Assembly: GCA_013140705.1 (NCBI GenBank)
Contig: JABFSH010000067.1
Location: 8,942-72,941, forward strand
Source of the DNA: Methylococcaceae bacterium
Lineage (GTDB): Bacteria > Pseudomonadota > Gammaproteobacteria > Methylococcales > Methylomonadaceae
Direction of reading: 5' to 3'
Length of the DNA stretch: 64,000 nucleotides
Below, piece by piece: positions 20,545-28,947 of the stretch. How positions within the stretch are numbered: the stretch's first letter is position 1; the number at the start of each line of letters is the position of its first letter. The position numbers and the translations under genes are program-made. A model generated the notes under the pieces. The model was not told where the DNA came from. It searched no databases and worked only from the letters and a program-made list of their open reading frames with translations.

Positions 20545-21459
20545 TTAATGGCTTCCTGATATATCTTTCGGTAGTGACTTAACGGATTCCTCATTTCCGA
20601 TTTCTTTTCCTACACTATCTAAAACTTGCTGTTCAGTCTTCCTATTCATGACGATAATGGATATACGTCTATTCATCGGATCAAGTGGATCATTGGCGTT
20701 ATAAGGTGCACTGGAAGATAAACCGATCACTCTCAATACTTTATCGTCTGCAAGACCGCCATCATTAAGTTCGTGTCGAGCTGAATTGGCACGATTACTG
20801 GACAGCTCCCAATTGGAATATCCTGTCTTGTTGGCAGGAAATGGATGCGCGTCGGTGTGACCATTAATGGTTATTTTATTAGGTAATTCGTTAATTATCG
20901 GCGCCAACTTTCTTAAAATAAGTTGCGTGTGAATCTCAGTTTCAGCACTTGCGATTTTGAAGGTTGGTCTGTTTTGACTATCGACAATTTGAATTCGTAA
21001 TCCTTCGGGTGTCGTATCCAGTTTGATTTGTTCCTTAAATTCAGCCAAATTAGGGTTACTATCAATCATGGTCTGGATTTTTTGCTTAAGCTCTTCAAGC
21101 TTTTCCATTTCCAGCTTTTCTGCTTCTTTCTTGATCTCTTCAGGGGTAGCCTCTTCAATCTCACCCTTGTCAACCTGACCCTGGTCCTTGGAAACCAGAT
21201 CAGCTCCGCCACCTTGAATCAGGCTGGTTCGTTCACCGGTATCTTCTCCACCCATTAAGGAGGCTTTGTAAGGATCCTGAAAATATTCAGAAATACCCTT
21301 GCGCGTCTTCTCGTCTGTCGTTCCCAGTAGCCACATCAACAAAAAAAATGCCATCATTGCCGTTACGAAATCGGCATAAGCCAATTTCCAGGCTCCACCG
21401 TGATGTCCGTGACCTTTATTCTTTTTTACTTTCTTTATAATTATGGGTTGCTCTGCCAC
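20545..21459 (-). CDS. motB: Flagellar stator protein MotB (OmpA-like peptidoglycan-binding C-terminus)
   Basis: N-terminal plug/TM region (AWKLAYADFVTAMMAFFLLMWLL) and an OmpA-like motif (NWELSSNRANSARHEL). GTG start lies 12 nt after the motA stop. Confidence 0.9.
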   Translation of the reverse strand: MAEQPIIIKKVKKNKGHGHHGGAWKLAYADFVTAMMAFFLLMWLLGTTDEKTRKGISEYFQDPYKASLMGGEDTGERTSLIQGGGADLVSKDQGQVDKGEIEEATPEEIKKEAEKLEMEKLEELKQKIQTMIDSNPNLAEFKEQIKLDTTPEGLRIQIVDSQNRPTFKIASAETEIHTQLILRKLAPIINELPNKITINGHTDAHPFPANKTGYSNWELSSNRANSARHELNDGGLADDKVLRVIGLSSSAPYNANDPLDPMNRRISIIVMNRKTEQQVLDSVGKEIGNEESVKSLPKDISGSH

Positions 21460-21471
21460 TTTGACCCAACC

Positions 21472-22317
21472 TTATTTATTGGCTTTTAAATGTTCTTCCA
21501 ACTCAGTGAAGCCTGGTCGTTTGTCCGAAGTAATCATGGCACGCATATATTCAGCAGTCATCGGCGGCGCAATAGCTTTGGCGCAACACAACAATCCCTT
21601 CTGGGCACATTTAAAGGCGTTACCCTCTGTTTCAAGGCGCTCTTCCATGGCGGCGGCTACTGGTCCAATAAAACCATACGCCAGTAATATCCCAAGAAAT
21701 GTTCCGACCAACGCGGCCGCAATCAGTTTACCCAGTTCGGCGGGCGGTAGACTGATCGATTCCATGGTATGCACAACCCCCATTACTGCCGCAACAATCC
21801 CAAAGGCGGGCATGCCATCACCAATTCGTTGTATCGATTTAATGGGCGCATGCCCCTCTTCGTGATGAATTTCAATCTCCTGATCCATTATTTCTTCAAG
21901 CTGATTAACATCAACACCGGTCACGATCAAGCGCAGATTATCGCAGATGAAATCCAGCAAATGGTGGTCAGCCAATACTTTCGGTGTAAATATCGAACTG
22001 CTTTCCGGGTTATCGATGAGCTCTTCAAGCGACAGCAAACCTTCCTTACGTGTTTTGTTTGTCAAAGCAAAAAAACAAACAAGCAACTCCAGATAAAAAG
22101 CCTTGTCGTATTTGGAAGATTTGAGAGTACCCGTAGCTGCAGAGAAGGTGGCCTTCACAACAGTCATCGAATTACTGCTAAGAAATGCGCCCATAGCCGC
22201 GCCAAATATAATGATTACTTCAAAAGGCTGAACAAGAACGCCTACATGACCTCCGGCACCAATGAACCCTCCTAGAACCGAGCCTATAACAATGATATAT
22301 CCGATAATAACGAACAT
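21472..22317 (-). CDS. motA: Flagellar stator protein MotA
   Basis: A 281-aa protein with an N-terminus (MFVIIGYIIVIGSVLGGFIGAGGH...) that closely parallels MotA, and a MotA/TolQ/ExbB channel domain. Confidence 0.9.
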   Translation of the reverse strand: MFVIIGYIIVIGSVLGGFIGAGGHVGVLVQPFEVIIIFGAAMGAFLSSNSMTVVKATFSAATGTLKSSKYDKAFYLELLVCFFALTNKTRKEGLLSLEELIDNPESSSIFTPKVLADHHLLDFICDNLRLIVTGVDVNQLEEIMDQEIEIHHEEGHAPIKSIQRIGDGMPAFGIVAAVMGVVHTMESISLPPAELGKLIAAALVGTFLGILLAYGFIGPVAAAMEERLETEGNAFKCAQKGLLCCAKAIAPPMTAEYMRAMITSDKRPGFTELEEHLKANK

Positions 22318-22365
22318 TTACACTTCTCTATGTAGATTAGATTTGTTTTTTTTAGTGACAAGAAA

Positions 22366-22395
22366 AGCAATTATCGCACCTGCTACTTGCTTTCA
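22366..22395 (-). promoter_or_regulatory. Ambiguous alternative-sigma promoter candidate upstream of motAB
   Basis: The minus strand reads TGAAAG-N11-TGCGATAATTGCT. One reading is sigma-54-like: AGGTGCGATAATTGCT with GG-N10-GC. The other is sigma-28-like: a GCGATAA -10 box with a TGAAAG -35-like box placed about 3 nt too close. Confidence 0.3.
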
Positions 22396-22593
22396 ACCAT
22401 AGTTTGAGTTTCGGCTTAAGTATAGATAAAGAAATAAAAATGTCTGTTCAATTTAAAAACCCGAAAGCAGACGTCAAATCAGTGTATTTTGTTCTTGCTC
22501 TCACTAATGGCAAAAATATTGAGGGGTTTACACCACTAAGAGTGACTCGATTAGCGATGGTTTAAAAGTCTGTCAGACTGAAATATCCATTGG

Positions 22594-23343
22594 TTAGCTG
22601 TCACCTTGCAACGTATTTCCTGCCAAATCCGATACTGATTTATCAGCCACCCCAAAAACATTGATATTATTTTTAGTGACCGCCGAATAAGTTTCGTGAA
22701 GATGCCCATGAAAAATGTTTTTTACCCCCATGGCAACCGCCAAATCACTGATGGCCGTGAAACCAAACCGATGAGAGCCAGGTGCTTCATGAGAGACCAG
22801 AATATCTGCCTTTAACTTCTTTAAGGTCTCAAACTCATCGTGCCAAATAGCCGACTGGTATTTTAAAGACATGCTGCCATCACGATTCGTATTCTTGTGG
22901 GACATTAAAAAGTGCTGCTTGTCTTTCCATATTGGCGCGCTAGGAGGATACCAGACTCGACCCAAAAAAATCCCGCTTAATCCGGCAATTTTGAAACCGG
23001 CAATCTCAGTGACTTTTAAATGCAGTCCATTATCGGCCAATCCCGACTGGAATAGATTGTGATGCTTGCTCGGTGATTGGAAATCATGGTTACCGGCAAT
23101 CCACCAGATTTCAGTCTGATCGATAATATCCTGCAAATAATCTTCTAAGGGCATTTCCAGGTCATAATCGCCCAATAATACAACGGCTTCAGGCTTATAG
23201 GCTTTGACAGCTGCGATGACCGGATTGAAATCACCGTGAGGATCACCCGCAAATAAAATTTTGTAATTGTGTTTGGATTGAGGCATTTTCAGTAGGCAGA
23301 CGGCATCCCTGATTATCAAGGATTTACTGGCAATCCAGGTCAT
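22594..23343 (-). CDS. Calcineurin-like metallophosphoesterase
   Basis: Motifs GDPHGD, GDYD, GNHD and GHLH occur in order. The start is uncertain: ATG 23343, or ATG 23286 (MPQSKHNYKILFAGDPHG). Confidence 0.75.
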   Translation of the reverse strand: MTWIASKSLIIRDAVCLLKMPQSKHNYKILFAGDPHGDFNPVIAAVKAYKPEAVVLLGDYDLEMPLEDYLQDIIDQTEIWWIAGNHDFQSPSKHHNLFQSGLADNGLHLKVTEIAGFKIAGLSGIFLGRVWYPPSAPIWKDKQHFLMSHKNTNRDGSMSLKYQSAIWHDEFETLKKLKADILVSHEAPGSHRFGFTAISDLAVAMGVKNIFHGHLHETYSAVTKNNINVFGVADKSVSDLAGNTLQGDS

Positions 23344-23493
23344 TAAAAATGGTCTTATTATAGGTCATATTATTTTTATTTAAGAAACAAAAACAAACAG
23401 GAATCGCTTGCTAACGGTTAAAATGGAGGGTATTAGTTATTTATAGCATTTCCATTCAATTAAAAATCATTCGGCAAATATTGCACCATCACT

Positions 23494-24369
23494 ATGGAGA
23501 CATTAATGAGGACAGATATTCACATAAACAGACTATTCGCCAGCTTGTTATTGGCCACAACAATTTCAGCTGCCTCCGCGCAAGAAAAATTCAAGGTTTG
23601 TGCAGACCCGCTAAACCCGCCCTATTCGACCAAAAAAAAAGACGGATTTGAAAACAGGATTGCCGATCTGTTCGCCAAGGAATTGGGACAAAAATTGGAA
23701 TATACCTGGTTTCCTCAACGCATTGGGTTCATTCGCAATACGTTAACAGCGCCACTCAATGAAAACGAAGTGGACAGTACTGAATTCAAATGCGACGTTG
23801 TGATGGGAGTTCCTGCGGGTTACGATTTGACCATGACCACCACTCCTTATTATCAGTCGACCTATGTTCTATTGATAGCCAAAAACAGAGGTTGGGATGC
23901 TATTACAGATGCCTCACAACTCGCCAGTCTACCTCTAGAAAAACAGGAGTCATTAAAAATTGCCATGTTTGATCGCGGCCCGGGAACCATCTGGATGCAA
24001 CGAAATGGTCTCCTTGAGCAAGGTATACCTTATCAATCGATGTCAGGCGACGATAAAAACAACATTGCCATGCAGCTTAATGAAGATTTCAAGGCAAAAA
24101 AAATTGACATGGTCATCTTATGGGGACCGATAGCGGCATATATCGCTCAACAAAATCCCAAGAACAGCTTCATCATGATTCCAATGAAATCAAGCCCGAA
24201 AATGAAATTCGATTTCGCCATGGCGATCGGTCTCCGTAATGGTGATAAGGAGAGAAAAGCAGCATTAGACAAACTTATCGCTGCAAAAGCTAAAGATATC
24301 GAGTCAATTATGAGGAGCTACAATATACCTCTATTACCCATAGAGAAAATGACCGGCAAAAATGATTGA
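23494..24369 (+). CDS. Periplasmic substrate-binding protein of the MoxJ/quinoprotein-dehydrogenase-associated type
   Basis: It has a signal peptide, then KFKVCADPLNPPYSTKKKDGFENRIADLFAKELGQKLEYTWFPQRIGFIRNTL. From memory this matches the MoxJ-like family (TIGR03871-type). Confidence 0.65.
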   Translation: METLMRTDIHINRLFASLLLATTISAASAQEKFKVCADPLNPPYSTKKKDGFENRIADLFAKELGQKLEYTWFPQRIGFIRNTLTAPLNENEVDSTEFKCDVVMGVPAGYDLTMTTTPYYQSTYVLLIAKNRGWDAITDASQLASLPLEKQESLKIAMFDRGPGTIWMQRNGLLEQGIPYQSMSGDDKNNIAMQLNEDFKAKKIDMVILWGPIAAYIAQQNPKNSFIMIPMKSSPKMKFDFAMAIGLRNGDKERKAALDKLIAAKAKDIESIMRSYNIPLLPIEKMTGKND

Positions 24370-24401
24370 AAAATCTTTGACTTTTACAACTACTGTCCGT
24401 T

Positions 24402-24428
24402 GTAGAGACGTCATTGTTGCGTCTCTAC
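24402..24428. terminator. Hairpin between convergent genes (9-bp stem gtagagacg/cgtctctac, 9-nt loop)
   Basis: A perfect inverted repeat seen directly in the sequence, lying between the stop of the MoxJ-like gene and the stop of malQ. There is no clear U-tract on either side. Confidence 0.5.
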
Positions 24429-24435
24429 CTCACCT

Positions 24436-25899
24436 TTACTTGCGATTAAACAATCCAACCAAATGACCGAGCCGGGCAGCTCGCTCATGCGTGAGTTGAT
24501 CCCAATGAAAGCGCCAAATCCAATTTCCTGTTGTTGTTCCTGGGGTATTCATGCGATGTTCGGAACCCAATTCCAGAATATCCTGCATAGGAATTATCGC
24601 CAAGTTCGCTACTGAAGCGAGTGCCGCATGAATCAAAGCACAGTGAAGCGAAAGTGATGGACTACCCAAATAATCGTAAATGTATTTTCTTTCATGATCA
24701 CTCAATTTTTGCAGCCATCCAATGGTCGTATCATTATCGTGAGTACCCGTGTAGACAACGCAGTTTTTGACATAATGATCGGGTAAATACGGGTTATCGG
24801 CATTGCCACCAAACGCAAACTGCAATATCTTCATGCCGGGCAAATTGAAGTCATCTCTCAGTTCTTCTACATCGGGTGTTATTATGCCCAGATCTTCGGC
24901 GACCAGAGGAATTGATCCAAGCGCCATTTTGATGGCTTCCAATAACGCTTTTCCGGGCGCCTTCACCCAGTAACCATTGACAGCCGTTTCTTCGCTTGCC
25001 GGAATTTCCCAAGCCGCTTCCAAACCACGAAAATGATCAATCCTGAGAATATCAAAAATCTCTAATTGCGTCTCCATCCGCTGAACCCACCAGGAATAGG
25101 CATTCTTGTCTAAATAACTCCAATTGTAATGGGGATTTCCCCAGCGTTGCCCGGTAGCCGAAAAGTAGTCTGGCGGTACGCCCGCCACAACCGACATTTC
25201 GCCGATTTCATCCAGCTTAAACACGTGGCGATTGGCCCATACATCAGCGCTGTCATAGGATACAAAAATCGGAATATCCCCAAAAAGCAGGACACCTTTT
25301 TCATTGGCGTAGGCTTTTAACTCTAACCATTGCCGGAAAAAAACATATTGTTCAAATTTAATACATTCAATTTGCGATTTTAAACGATGTCGGGTTTCTT
25401 CCAGCGTCTGAGGATGTCGTTCTTTACAAGGTTCCGGCCATTGATTCCAGCTTTGTTGATTAAAAAGATTTCTAAGCGCCATAAACAAGGCAAAGTCATC
25501 CAGCCAAAAGGCCTTTTCCGAACAAAATCGAGCAAACTCCTTTCTATCCTGCTGAGTTGCACGATCCAAAAAGCCAAAATAAGCCTTGTCAATCAGACAA
25601 TTTTTTTTGTAAGCCAGCGTTCCACGGCAGGTTTCACATAGCTCAGACTTATCCAGCCAACCTTGACTGATTATACGTTCAACACTGATAAATGTCGGGT
25701 TACCGGCATGAGCCGAAAGACATTGATAGGGTGAGCCATCGGTATGGGTCATGCCTAATGGCAGTGTCTGCCATACGGTTATCCCACAATCATGAAGAAA
25801 ATTAACGAAATAATATGCATCCTGACCTAGATCACCGCCGGGCAGAGAAGAAATATGGAGTAAGATGCCTGCTCGGCGTTGATCTAAAATACCATTCAC
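24436..25899 (-). CDS. malQ: 4-alpha-glucanotransferase (amylomaltase)
   Basis: A 487-aa GH77-type sequence (GILLHISSLPG, YFSATGQRWGNP, DHFRG). GTG start. Confidence 0.92.
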   Translation of the reverse strand: MNGILDQRRAGILLHISSLPGGDLGQDAYYFVNFLHDCGITVWQTLPLGMTHTDGSPYQCLSAHAGNPTFISVERIISQGWLDKSELCETCRGTLAYKKNCLIDKAYFGFLDRATQQDRKEFARFCSEKAFWLDDFALFMALRNLFNQQSWNQWPEPCKERHPQTLEETRHRLKSQIECIKFEQYVFFRQWLELKAYANEKGVLLFGDIPIFVSYDSADVWANRHVFKLDEIGEMSVVAGVPPDYFSATGQRWGNPHYNWSYLDKNAYSWWVQRMETQLEIFDILRIDHFRGLEAAWEIPASEETAVNGYWVKAPGKALLEAIKMALGSIPLVAEDLGIITPDVEELRDDFNLPGMKILQFAFGGNADNPYLPDHYVKNCVVYTGTHDNDTTIGWLQKLSDHERKYIYDYLGSPSLSLHCALIHAALASVANLAIIPMQDILELGSEHRMNTPGTTTGNWIWRFHWDQLTHERAARLGHLVGLFNRK

Positions 25900-25913
25900 A
25901 CGCTAGTCTCTTG

Positions 25914-27584
25914 TTAATGTTCAAATCCAGGTCGCATGGCCCCACCCATAGCCGGTTCACCAGAACCCTGAGTAAATGACAACGCCAGGTAGGCTGGTGG
26001 TTCCTGACCCAGCAATTTATAGAGATTCGCCAAATTAAGCCGGAATTGTCGTTCAAAATTACTGACCGCTTCTCCGGGATTATAATCACCAAACCACCAA
26101 AACCAGTCGGAGCCTTCACAAATAGCAAGTTGAATGTCCGCCTCTTGCACTTGTTTCTCGGTCAACTGATTTGCAGCTAAAGCCGAATCGTAAGTCTTTT
26201 TAGCGTCGCCTAGCATATCCCAACCACGATTTTTATCAGAACTACCTATCCAGGTTGAAAATGTACCATAAACCCAGCTACCCGCCACCAGTTTATATAA
26301 AGGCTTAATTTTGTCTTTAGGCTTCAAGCAGTCTGAAAATGTGCTCAATTCAATGACTGGATGATTAGTGAGGCGATTGTATAAAGTACTTAAGAAATAA
26401 TAGCCGTTTTCCGGAAAGTATTCCCACGCATTTTCACCGTCCATGATAATGGAAACCACCGCATCGGGCCTATGGGCCGCTATATTTTCTAAATGATGAA
26501 TTAAATCGCTGACGGCATCATCCGCATGCCATTTCGAATATTCAAAACCAATCAAATCGGACAAGCCGTCATCTCTAAAGAAAATGGCTGTCTTGATCTT
26601 GTTGAGCCTAAATGGGTAGTGCATGCCTGGCGAATTATCGTTTTCAACAAGGTTAAAACTATTATGTAAAACTGAACCGCCACTGGCAGTCCAATCAAAT
26701 CCATAATTAGCCAATATTTTTAAAGTTTGCTCACTAATCGCGCCCTCGGATGGCCAGCAGCCTTTTGGTTTGTAGCCAAAAAAGCGCTTAAAAATTTGCA
26801 GGCCTTTTTCAATTTGCCATTCTACTCGCTCCTTACCACCCGAATAAGATTCCATATCCGGCATGGTAGCATTCGGCATTGCTTCATGAGTGCTTTGCAA
26901 ATCCAGCAATAGTGGCATGATCGGGTGTGCGTAAGGCGTCACTGAAAGTTCAATTTGACCTCTTCTAGCCAACACTTTGTACCGCTGTAAAACCGTAGAA
27001 AGTAGATCTCCGATAATTTGCATCAGTTCGGTTCGATCATGCTGGTTATAATTTGATCCCTTTTCGATTAAATGCATGATCCGACTATCATTCAATTTTA
27101 TCGATTCCCCCATCCACGCCAGATGATACCAAACCAAGATGTCATGAATGAATTGAGAATTCACATAGCTCAATGCATCGAAATGATGATCAAGCCATTC
27201 GGTCATTTCAGCCAGTTTTTTAAAGTGAGGATACCTATTGATCTGTCTTTCCCGGTTTGCTCTCAAACAATCTTTAACCAGCTTAAGACGTTCTTCCTGA
27301 TTTTCAGGAACATTTTGACTGACAAGCGCGGCTAAAAATGAGTCTTGAATTTGACTGCCATTGCGTAAGTAACCATTGACTTGTCGTGCATATTCCTCAA
27401 TCTGCTCCAGTAAAATAGGGGCAAAATTCACCACCACCCTGGCTTCCGGCATGGCTTCAAGATGAGACACCATATCCACGTAATCCTTAATTACGTGTAG
27501 ATAACTCCATGGCAATATAAACTCACCCGTAGCGAGATCGCGATATTCGGGCTGGTGCATGTGCCAGCATAAAACCAGCTTCAC
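25914..27584 (-). CDS. Glycoside hydrolase family 57 protein (amylase / branching-enzyme type)
   Basis: The N-terminus VLCWHMHQPEYRD and the overall 556-aa architecture are typical of GH57. It lies between glgC and malQ with gaps of 6 and 14 nt. Confidence 0.85.
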   Translation of the reverse strand: MKLVLCWHMHQPEYRDLATGEFILPWSYLHVIKDYVDMVSHLEAMPEARVVVNFAPILLEQIEEYARQVNGYLRNGSQIQDSFLAALVSQNVPENQEERLKLVKDCLRANRERQINRYPHFKKLAEMTEWLDHHFDALSYVNSQFIHDILVWYHLAWMGESIKLNDSRIMHLIEKGSNYNQHDRTELMQIIGDLLSTVLQRYKVLARRGQIELSVTPYAHPIMPLLLDLQSTHEAMPNATMPDMESYSGGKERVEWQIEKGLQIFKRFFGYKPKGCWPSEGAISEQTLKILANYGFDWTASGGSVLHNSFNLVENDNSPGMHYPFRLNKIKTAIFFRDDGLSDLIGFEYSKWHADDAVSDLIHHLENIAAHRPDAVVSIIMDGENAWEYFPENGYYFLSTLYNRLTNHPVIELSTFSDCLKPKDKIKPLYKLVAGSWVYGTFSTWIGSSDKNRGWDMLGDAKKTYDSALAANQLTEKQVQEADIQLAICEGSDWFWWFGDYNPGEAVSNFERQFRLNLANLYKLLGQEPPAYLALSFTQGSGEPAMGGAMRPGFEH

Positions 27585-27590
27585 AAAGCG

Positions 27591-28856
27591 CTACCTGACA
27601 TAGTGTAGTTTTTGTCCCAACATCTCGGGCGTCACCAATACGACACCGCCTTCGCTGACATGAAATCTTTTTTTATCTTCCGCGAGATTTTCACCAATGA
27701 TCGTTCCTTCAGGCACGACACAATTTTTTTCGATGATCGCCTTGGTGATGCGGCAATTACGACCGATATTAACTTCCGGTAAAACAATACTGTCCTGTAC
27801 AGTGGTATACGAATTGACTCGTACATTTGAGCATACCAGGGAATGTCTGATGGTTGCCCCCGAAATAACACAACCACCTGAAATCATGGAGTCTACCGCC
27901 ATACCGCGTCGATCGTCCTCATCGAAAACAAATTTTGCCGGCGGCGTTTGTTCCTGATAGGTCCAGATTGGCCATGTTGTGTCATACAAATTCAAATCGG
28001 GCTTAACGCTGACTAATTCCATATTGGCCGCCCAATAAGCATCGATGGTTCCTACATCACGCCAATAACTTTGCTCGCCACTTTGCAAATCCAGGAATGG
28101 ATAGGCATTAACAACATATTTATCAATGACCGAAGGAATAATATCCTTACCAAAATCATTCGTCGACGTTTTGGTATCGGCATCCTTGAGCAGTTGTTCC
28201 CACAAAAAGCCGGCATTGAATATATAAATACCCATCGATGCCAAGGCGGTGTCGGTACGACCCGGCATTACCGGTGGGTTTGCTGGTTTTTCTATGAACG
28301 CCTTAACTCTACGACTTGAATCAATATCCATAACGCCAAATGCGGTCGCATCTTTTAGCGACACCTCAAGACAACCTATTGTCAAATCCGCTTTTTTTTC
28401 AACATGGTCGGCCAACATGGATGCATAATCCATCTTGTATATATGATCGCCGGCCAGCACCAAAATGTATTCCGGCTTACGCGTACGAAGAATATCAATA
28501 TTCTGAAAAATGGCATCAGCCGTACCTTTATACCAGGATGTCTCGTCAATTCTCTGCTGAGCCGGCATTAAATCAACATATTCACCAAACTCACCACGTA
28601 AAAATCCCCAACCCTGTTGAATATGCCGTATCAGTGAATCCGCTTTGTATTGTGTCAGTATACCAATTTTACGGATGCCGGAATTTACGCAGTTGGATAA
28701 TGGAAAATCGATAATTCGAAACTTGCCACCAAAAGGTACTGCTGGTTTTGCGCGCCAATCCGTCATATTCATTAAGCGTGAACCACGACCTCCCGCCAGA
28801 ATTAAAGCTATTGTATTTCGAGTTAACTGATGGATATTATGACTTGACGCCGACAT
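27591..28856 (-). CDS. glgC: Glucose-1-phosphate adenylyltransferase
   Basis: It has the [12 protein letters not shown] motif and a left-handed beta-helix C-terminal half. ATG 28856 ([13 protein letters not shown]) is preferred to the track start at 28886. Confidence 0.93.
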   Translation of the reverse strand: MSASSHNIHQLTRNTIALILAGGRGSRLMNMTDWRAKPAVPFGGKFRIIDFPLSNCVNSGIRKIGILTQYKADSLIRHIQQGWGFLRGEFGEYVDLMPAQQRIDETSWYKGTADAIFQNIDILRTRKPEYILVLAGDHIYKMDYASMLADHVEKKADLTIGCLEVSLKDATAFGVMDIDSSRRVKAFIEKPANPPVMPGRTDTALASMGIYIFNAGFLWEQLLKDADTKTSTNDFGKDIIPSVIDKYVVNAYPFLDLQSGEQSYWRDVGTIDAYWAANMELVSVKPDLNLYDTTWPIWTYQEQTPPAKFVFDEDDRRGMAVDSMISGGCVISGATIRHSLVCSNVRVNSYTTVQDSIVLPEVNIGRNCRITKAIIEKNCVVPEGTIIGENLAEDKKRFHVSEGGVVLVTPEMLGQKLHYVR

Positions 28857-28947
28857 TTTACATCTCCAAGTGGAATAAACTGACAATTAGTGTTGCGTTT
28901 GGTAAGATTTGCTGAACAACCATTTTACTATACTGAGGCTCAACAAA

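Noticed and set aside
21443-22275. Plus-strand ORFs of 140 aa and 168 aa overlapping motA
   Set aside because: They are antisense to an unambiguous MotA reading frame. Their composition is low-complexity or Arg/Ser-rich, and no RBS or motif is visible.
22580-22593. The palindrome gtctgtcagac after the metallophosphoesterase stop, considered as a terminator
   Set aside because: The stem is only about 5 bp with almost no loop, and the U-tract is weak. That is not enough to call.
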